Under the pieces are notes generated by a model. That model saw only the letters and a program-made list of their open reading frames with translations, ran no database searches and was not told where the DNA came from. From Paraspadella gotoi (lineage: Eukaryota > Animalia > Chaetognatha), in assembly GCA_051294375.1 (NCBI GenBank), contig CM119263.1:15664532-15728531 (forward strand): DNA of 64,000 nucleotides, read 5' to 3'. This document shows, in pieces, positions 54,886 to 64,000 of this stretch (positions are counted from its first letter, which is position 1; each line of letters begins with the position of its first letter). Both the position numbers and the translations under genes were made by a program.

Positions 54886-57800
54886 CCTCTCTCTCTCCCC
54901 CATTCATCCCACCTCCTTCTCTATCAAAGACGGGTTTCTGTTCACATGACCGATAAAACTAACGCAGCCTCTCTAGAAAATGTCAGGTTAATCTCTGGTT
55001 AAGAAAAAGACGACGTTTAATTTTTTCCTCAAATACCCCAAAAAATATTGGAAATGTCGTCGTAGTCATCCCTACTCTCTCGCCGAACGTCGGTCGACGT
55101 GGAGAAAACCATGAATCCGAATTTTATCAAGTACGTATGATGCTGTAAAAGCGACTCGAAAGGGCAAGTCCTTTTTTTTGGGGGAAAGTCAGTCAACTTT
55201 TCTTCCTTCCGTTCTAGAAAACGAATCTTATAGATTTCAACTTCCGAACACGAGACACATTTTTTCCCCTTTTTTTCTAAATCGAAAGTCGAAAGAGAGA
55301 GAGAAAATAAATGAGATAATTAATTCTGCGAGCGGAAGGGAGACGACGAAATCTGGACTAAAAGGTCTGCGGTGCGTTGGTGCGGGACAGATCGTTCGAT
55401 GGAGCAATGGGTCGATTAGTGGAGCAAAACGATCCTTGTCTTCGAGGACGAAAAATCATCCTCGTCTATCGAACCGGACGCCACAACTTGTTCCGACCGA
55501 CGGGAGCGGTCGGATCGAGTCTTTGAAAAACCAAAATCTCTCTCTCTCTCTCTCTCTCTTTTTCAGTCGTCGATTCTTATCTTTTGCCCCAATTTTGCCC
55601 AATTTTGATCGAAAGGCTTTTTTCAGAAATCGTCGTTCGACACCCCAGTAATCCAATGAGAAAGTTCTTGCCCTCGGCTCAGTGCGAGTCTGAGATAATT
55701 GTACGGGGAAAGTAAAGTAATCTAAAAATAGACAAGCTCGCTGAAAGATATGGCCCAAGAATGCTTTACTTCTGAGACAGCGGTAACCACAAGTCGGCAA
55801 CGCACCCTTACCTTACCACGAAACCACTGGTCCACCGCCCATTCCACGTAGACTTTCATCGACTAACCAAGAGTAGAAAGAAATTCTCTTTATCGTCATT
55901 CTCGCAATTTCCGCGTCTCCCTGAAAACTCGTTCCAGGTGTCGCTTCGCCAGGGGAAAAAAACTCTTCAAGACGAGTAAATGGTCCCAGCTTCCAACCAT
56001 TTTCTACCCTTTCTTTCTTCTCCTTCGCTTCCTAACTTACCTTCCGCCTTTCCCATATCCAAGTCTTCATTCCTCCTCCATTCTTCGCGTCGCTCCCATC
56101 CCGCATTATCGGATCGTCCTCGCCCCCCCCCAATCAATCATTTTCTTCCCTCCGTTCGATGATCGCGACGCCTTTGTTGACTCGGATTGATGAAACCGCG
56201 ACGAAAGGGGGCCTCCTCTCCGGCCGCCTCCGCTCCGGCCGCCACCATCGAACGCTTTCGCGGATGATGGGGTCGTAATTGATGACTCCAGCGCGACGAC
56301 GGGGTTGTCATCGTTCTCTCACTTTTTCGCCGAAGGATTCGGAATTGATGGGGTTGTCCCATGAAACGATGTCGTCGAGGAACGTGCTTTGTCTCCGTTT
56401 TTTTTTTTTTTTCATAGAGTTTTCATCAGAAATTATTTCTTTATGCTTGATTTTATTTATTGTTTTCCGCTCGAAGTCTCGACTCGGTTTTCCAATTTGA
56501 CGAAAAGAGGTCTTTATTTGGCATGCTTACCCTAGGCCCTTGAGGGACCCTTAAATTACTAATAAAAACTCATGAACGGATTCTGAAATATTATCATCCT
56601 TTATTGAAGATTACTTTGTTTCGACATTGTCTCCTGTAAATTGGAACACACTTAACTCTCGACTGTCAAAACAGAAGTATTTTAAAACGGTGACTCAAAT
56701 GTTAAAGTATTTCTTGTTGTCATTTGATCGGAAGAGACAAAGAATGACAAGTCGCGCCCGAGGAACCGCCTCTAGAGGCGTCTTTGCCGCTCTCTCTCTC
56801 TCTCTCTCTCGATCTCTCTCTCTCTCTCTCTCTCTCCAGTTGAGTCACAAACCAGTTCCCTTTCTCCCGTTTCCCTATTCCGCCCTTACCTTCTCTGAAG
56901 CAGTTGTTATTCAAAATTTTGAATAAGTTACTAAGTTCATATATTGAAACACTGTCAAAAACGTTAACCCAAATATTTTTTTAAGAATTTTCTTCCATCT
57001 TTTTGAATAGGATATATCTGATCTTACCCATAAAATATGTCTTCAATTTATTTTTATTTCTTATTCATTATACAATTTTACAATTTATATACATGATCGT
57101 CTCGAAAATAATGATCTCTGATTTCAATTGAATCTATTAATTTAACAATTTATTATTTTGGGGGGGGGATGGGGAGAGAGAGATAACAGGAAATCAACGA
57201 AGTCAGAAACTTGTTTGGAATTGGGTCAGTTGGTAGCGACCTCAACCGTAACGCCATCGTCGTCGTCGTCGTCATCGTCGTCGTCGTCGTCATCGGATCG
57301 TTGCCATGGTCGTTGTGGTTACGGCGGAAATTCCCAACCTTGTCCTTGTCGACATCTCACGATCTCTAGCCATCGTCGTCGTAGTCACGCACGTGATTTC
57401 GTCTCTCTGTGAGGTATCTCATGGGTTTTGGTCGTCGTTGACGTCGTCGTTGTCTCTTGGGTCCAATTGGCTACCGACCTCTACCGAGTCACGATCCCAA
57501 TCTTTGTCTCCGTTGTTTCATCATCGTTGCTACTTTCATTTGCTTCATTAAAATCGAAACCTCATCAATGTCGTTTAAAAAAGGCTATTTCATCTTTCCC
57601 ATCGTTATTGTCCTCGTTATGGTTTTTTTTTTCTTCCATTTATCGTCATTTATCTCCCACGACAATCTCGTTGACATCCTCTTTTCTGTCATTGCCATGT
57701 ACCTTCGTCATCATTGTCATTCTTTTCTTTTTGATTGTCATCTTCCCCATCGTGGTTGTCATCCTCGTCATCTTCCCAACCCGCACCGCCCGTCGAAACG

Positions 57801-59085
57801 TCCTCTCAATTAAGTGGGGGAAGCGTTTCTTGTGTTATGAAACCCCCAACTGAGATCTGACGCTGATAATCCGCTGAAGGACGTTTAATCTACTTCTCTC
57901 TCTCTCTCCTCTGTCGTTTCTCTACTCTCTCTCTCTCCTCTCTCCTCTCTCTCTCGTTCTCCTCTCTCTTCCTCGCTCTCGTCTCTCTTTTCTCCTATCT
58001 TGCCGAAGAAAATAAAAAAAAAACCGACCATTGAAGTGAAAAAAATAGAAAGATGGAATGAGCTACGTTTTAATTTTACTTGGAGTCGATTCCTCGTCAG
58101 GACTTTGTGACGTCACACATTATTATGATCTCATTATTATCGATGGGCGTTTAAGCATTTAACGTCCAAAGTCGTAGCCTTGAATTATTTTTAACGATCT
58201 CGTCTCGCGCTTCACCGTCATTGTTCGAGCGACGAACGCACGTTTCATTTAAAAGTCTAAAAATGTTATCGCGAAATTGTTGATTGTTAAAGTATATATA
58301 TTATCTTATTTTTTTGATTTTGTTTGATTGAAAAAACTGTATTGCCTCTAGAACGAAAGATGACTCCTTTGTTATTCTTTGCCGGATCCGTTTTTTTTTA
58401 TCAGGTTAATTTTCTGGTTGGTGGTCTTACTCGTTTACAGTTAAGAAAACTTGTTTATAAATATTTATAAAGATTGTAATGAGAAGAGTAGAGATGGAAT
58501 TAATGATTTATTGATTGATAGGTTGATTTTTTAATGATTTCAATTTTATCTAATTAATTTTAAAAATTATTCATTCATTCTGCATTCAAAATTTCAAAGT
58601 GAACTCTTTTTCAGTGTTTTGATTTATAATATAAATTAACTAAAGTTTTCGTTTTTCGGTTTCGTCCGAAATCGAATGATGGTTCCTTTGTTTTTGTTTC
58701 TTAAATCGGCGGACGGTGGCGAAATTAAAAGGAAAATAAAAAAACAACAAGATCCAAATTGATTTCAACGCATGAAAAAAAATCTGCCGGAAATTGATCC
58801 GGGCATCGCCCGAAACCAAAGGAAGCAGACTAGGGCATCAAAAGTAAACGCATCGAAAATCGAGCGAATGCCATAAAATACGGTATGATGATCGAAGAAA
58901 AGCGGCAGCGATTGTGAATTATACTAAGAAAAAAGATGTATGCTAAATGCCGCGGCAAATGCAAGTGAAAGTGCAAAGGAAATTCATTAAAGGTCTTTGC
59001 CTAATGCTTTTAATCGATCAGGTCCTCCGAGCAAATTCTGCGGAAACCAATAAAAAGAGAATTTGGGCGAAAGGGAGGAAGAGTC

Positions 59086-59190
59086 NNNNNNNNNNNNNNN
59101 NNNNNNNNNNNNNNNNNNNNNNNNNNNNNNNNNNNNNNNNNNNNNNNNNNNNNNNNNNNNNNNNNNNNNNNNNNNNNNNNNNNNNNNNNN
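59086..59190. other. assembly gap
   Basis: Run of N. Confidence 1.
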
Positions 59191-59227
<37 letters not shown>

Positions 59228-59673
59228 AACGAACACTAAAACTCGTCTTAAACTAAATGCAAGGTGGAATCCGAAGTTAGTTTCATCGAAGTTGAGGAAA
59301 CAGAACAGGCCTACCTTCTTAGACTATTGCTAGACCCCCTTCCAGCTTCTAATTTTACCCTTTTCATTTTTTCCTTTTTCTTTCTTTTTTATTTTTTTCT
59401 TTCTTTAACCTTACCTTCTTATTTTCGTTTTATTTTTTTTTTCATTATGGTACTTTTAATTTTTTCCTTTTTTTATCGCAATTCTTTCTCTCTTTCTCTA
59501 TTTGTAGTTCCTCACATTCTTTCCCCTTTCATTCCATTTTCGTTTTTTTTTATTTCCTTTCTCGAAATTGCTCTCGTTCCCTGCCTCAATTCCTTCGCAT
59601 CTTCATCAAGTAATTTGAAGATTCTCCTCTCAGGAAAATACTTTATACTTCCCTTTCTTCTTTCTTCTCTTAT

Positions 59674-59728
<55 letters not shown>

Positions 59729-59729
<1 letters not shown>

Positions 59730-60054
59730 AGTTGTGCCGTGTACTCGCGAAGCAACTCTATGAGTCACTTTTCGATCGGTCTGTCGGTCGTTCGGTCGGT
59801 ATGTCTTTCCATCGGTCTGTCCCACTTACATTAAAAATGCAAATAATTTCCCTATAGTTGGTTGCTCTTTTGTTAAGACAGAAAAAAACCTCAAATAAAA
59901 AACTAAAACTAACAAAAACTTTTTTTCCTAAACTAAACTAGAATTTTGCAGTGTATGTCATAAATACACGGGCTAAGAAAGTTATTTTAGTTATGTAGTG
60001 ATGTTATGCCACGTCATGTCTTATCATGTTATGTCATGTCACGAGAAATACACG
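59729..60054 (+). mobile_element. non-autonomous Helentron/DINE-1-like element, copy 2
   Basis: Homologous to 35929-36192 and begins in a T run (ttttta gttg). Confidence 0.65.
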
Positions 60055-61785
60055 TGATAAGGCAGTCACTGCGGCGCAACACTTTAGAATTACCGTTCTT
60101 GTTTCTTTTCTCTCTCTCTCTTTCTCTATCTCTCCTTTTTTCTCCTTGGACATCACTGCCGCTTTTTTCCCGGTATCTGTTTCAGAGTAGCATCATGGGA
60201 AGAATTAACTCGTTCCCTTACTGTGACTGATTCACTAAGTCTGCAAATCCGAGTTCTTTTCGTGAATATTTTTCTTTCTTGGTCTCCCTCCTTTTCAAAA
60301 AAATCTTTGGTTTGGCGCTACAAAATAAATTTTTAGGTTTTCAGATTTAATCAAAGCCCACGTAATTTGTTGCTCGAGTAATTTGTCAGGACGTAGCATA
60401 TTTTCACAACAAAATTATGGGCTCAACTCTCCCCTAGATATTAACGTCAGGAATAAAAATTCAGAAGATATGGCATTAGTAATATCCATTTCTTTGTTAT
60501 CGATTTTTATATTCACAAATCCTTCGTTTCATTCGTCTTTCTTTTTAAGCTCTCTTTCTTTTCTTTTTTATGAATGAATTTTCTTTTCGTATTTACATCA
60601 TCCTGACAGTTTCATTGTTTTCCCGCTCTCTGACTCTTAACCATAAAATCTCGCTCGCGTAGGCGGCTCTTCGTCTTTCACTCGTCCTCTCACGCACCTT
60701 CTAATCCTTCACTCACTCACCTCACTCTTTGCCTGCACGCTACCTTCTTATTTTTAAAGTCACATCTTTTACTTTTAGCCTCACAAAATTCACAGAAAAT
60801 CTCACTTATCACCTACTTAATCTTTCACCCTTCTTTTTCTCAATTCCGTTCTTCATGCTCTCTCCGCAAAGCCATACAGTTTTGCGCTATCTTTCCTTTC
60901 ACCCTTTCCGTCAATTTATCGATTTTCCTTCCTCTACTTTTTTCGTCTCTCTCATCTCTCACCCTCTTCTCTCCCTCTCGTTCCCAGGGTGCGAGTTGAA
61001 AGGATCCTCGACATCTGCTTCACCTCAGGTCAGGCAGTAAAACTCGGAATCTCGTCGGTGACGGCGCTGCGGCTGCTGTCGCGGATTCCGTCGTCGCGAA
61101 GGCGGCTTCGACTCCGATGACGCGCTTCCGCAGGATGGTCCACCTCACTCCATAAAAATAGGTTTAACCGTTCCGATCCAACCCTAAAAAGAATCCCGGC
61201 TGTCGTTTTTTTACTGTTTCTCCGCCGCGGCGCTCGATAACCGAATGGGTGGGCCGTCCTTTCATAGATCGTAAGGTTTCAAGTTCAAAACCGCCGCGCC
61301 TGCCGATTTCTCTAGGGACTAACAGGGGTGGCCTATCTTGAGGTTACGCGATCTTATCATATCGAGCGGACGTGCGATAAGCGAAGGGATTAATCAACGA
61401 TGTCTTACGTCACAGTAGCAACGACGGCGGTTGTCGGCGACGAGATGACGACAACCATGGGTGATGATGATGAAGCTGATGTTCCTTTTTACAATTTCAA
61501 TCTGGTTTCGGCAGAGAGTCAAGAAACGCTCTCTCTATTCATCTCTCTCGTCCTTGGTTTTCTCACACTCTGAGTCATAAGTGGGATAATAATCTCATAA
61601 TTAGAATTCAATTAAAGCAAAGAAAAAAAAGTTCAAAAAAAACGATGTTTCGATGGGAGAGAGTTTCTAATGAGTTTTAAGAAGATTGACGGAGGCGACG
61701 AAAAAAGGCCACGGTTAATTCTTTTATTCGTCTTAATTTTGATGTCTCATCTTTGGCAGTGAAGCAACTGGCGGAAAGAAAAAAA

Positions 61786-61865
<80 letters not shown>

Positions 61866-62028
61866 AGAAAGAAACTGAGGACAGAAAAACAGTGACTGAA
61901 GATTCTTCAGCTCACTGTTTTCTTCAGTGAAGATGGATATATTAAAAGGAACACGAGAAAGTTAAAAAATGAAAGTGAGACGAAACGGCAGACACCACTG
62001 ACTGGCAAAGAAACAAACAGACTAAAAC

Positions 62029-62063
<35 letters not shown>

Positions 62064-62201
62064 AGAAAGAAAGAAAGAAAGAACAGAAAGAAAGAAAGAA
62101 AAGAAGAAAGAAGAAGAAGAAGAAAGAAGAAAGAAAAGAAAAGAAAGACAAGAGAAAGAAGAAACGAAAGAAAGAAAAAGAAGAAAGAAAGAAAGGAAAG
62201 G

Positions 62202-62241
<40 letters not shown>

Positions 62242-63106
62242 CGCAAGAGAGTAAAAGAACGTACTCAGCTAACTCCGTACGCTCGGAACCTCCGTGAAGA
62301 TTATTTGAAAACATTACGTGTTTCCCGCCGCACAGAATTATCTTTCCCGTCCCCGATCTTTTCTTCAACTTTTTTTTTATCTTTTTTTTTTGCCTTTTTT
62401 TCGTTTTCTTCAAACTTTGTTTCTTTTTCTTTTCATCTACTTTTTCTCTTTACTTTTCGTTAGACTCGTTGATTCTTCTTTAAAATTAAAAGAAAAAAAA
62501 GGAGCAAAACCTGAAATTTCATCCACTGGTTTTTTTTCGCGATGAAGATCAAATTTAAAGAGAAAGAATCAGTTCGATCGATTTCGCGAAATCAACTTCG
62601 ATTTTCCTCGTAAACGGAAATAACGATTAGATTGCGCCACCTGATTTTTGAAATCTTATGATATAAAAAATTATACTTTCAAAACAATATATTCCTTTCT
62701 AAAACAATATATTAATAATCAGTGTTAATAATCTATTTATTAGTTTCTATAAGCGGTTATTTTTGCAGTGAGTTTTTAAAATATATTTCTCGTGCTTAAA
62801 ACAAAAATTTACAATCTACACGTTAAATATTGATGCCATTGAAAGATAAACGCCTCAGAAATAGAATCCATCCAAACTTTTCCTGTCAATTTTTTGACTT
62901 TGCCTCCTCGTCCGCTTTTTTTTTTCCACCAATTATTATTATTTGTTTTGAAATCCGTCGAACGAAACAAAAAGACAACGGGAACAGGATAACGAATTAT
63001 TCAGATCTTGTTTTGACCGACTTTCCACACCCGGCGCTTTCAGACTGGGACAAGAACTAGTCTTTTGTTTATCTTGTCGACGACGTCGACGTTCATGATC
63101 GTTTCT

Positions 63107-63107
63107 C

Positions 63108-63170
<63 letters not shown>

Positions 63171-63171
63171 A

Positions 63172-63205
<34 letters not shown>
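63107..63205. repeat. (GAC)n trinucleotide microsatellite
   Basis: Read directly from the sequence. Confidence 0.95.
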
Positions 63206-63206
<1 letters not shown>

Positions 63207-63538
63207 TAGAAATCTCGACCCAAGCAGGGGACCAAAAAATACAAAGGGATCACGCGAAGAAGTTAATTGCGGAGACGGAGGTAAGCAATCTCTCGCACCT
63301 GGCGGGTGTAGGAGGTGAGGCAGGGTCAGGTCGATACGAGGGGGCGCCCTGATTTCGATCTAATACAAACTACAAATAGGGAGGAAAACTGACAGACGGT
63401 GCTTGGTGGTTTTTATTATTTGCTCATTTAAAATTAAAAAAAAAAAAATTATTACATCCTATCCTTCTCGAGTTCGAACGAGCTTTCTGTACGCAGAAAT
63501 TGACCCTTTAAGAACCAAAAAAAGAAACTCAAATATTG

Positions 63539-63680
<142 letters not shown>

Positions 63681-64000
63681 TTGGATTCTGGAATCTTCCA
63701 AGAAAGAATGAGAACTTTGTGTAAGAGAATGAAGAATGATAAGAACGATAAGGAGAGTTTCTTCTCGGTAGACGGAGCGGGGTGGGTAAAAAGGTGAGTC
63801 GAGGGGTTGGGTGGACATTTGTGGGAGGGAAGAAGAAGATGGAAGATAATTAATTGTTCCTTTTAAAGCGTTGACAAATCCAATCGTTAGTGGATTAAGG
63901 GAAAGTTAATAGTTTGGTTAGTGGTAAGTTTGCTTTGATTACCGAGTAGGGGCGGATGGTGAGAAGCTGCAGGGTTGAAGGTGAGCCTTGTCAGGAAGAG

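Overview
Eukaryotic (invertebrate animal) genomic DNA: AT-rich, GT-AG introns (some only about 40-100 nt), dense (AG)n/(AAAG)n microsatellites and two N gaps. Genes: the 3' end of an unidentified gene (12-293), a possible 72-aa microprotein (-), an EamA/SLC35G-like transporter (4966-6833), a six-exon CRIM1-like gene with a very long acidic insert (19386-26386), an intronless 1776-aa C2H2 zinc-finger ORF (-), and a six-exon purine nucleoside phosphorylase-like gene whose active-site residues are largely replaced (42485-46101). Its last intron holds a 5'-truncated Penelope-like retroelement with a 14-bp target-site duplication and a hammerhead-like motif in a non-canonical, pseudoknotted strand order. 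Other notable items: an LTR-like unit joined to 43 nt of CCA-tailed tRNA-Leu, and a family of about 250-bp structured elements (five members, three in a tandem array) with a covarying four-way junction and tRNA-like A/B boxes. All calls were made by eye; no searches or folding programs were run.
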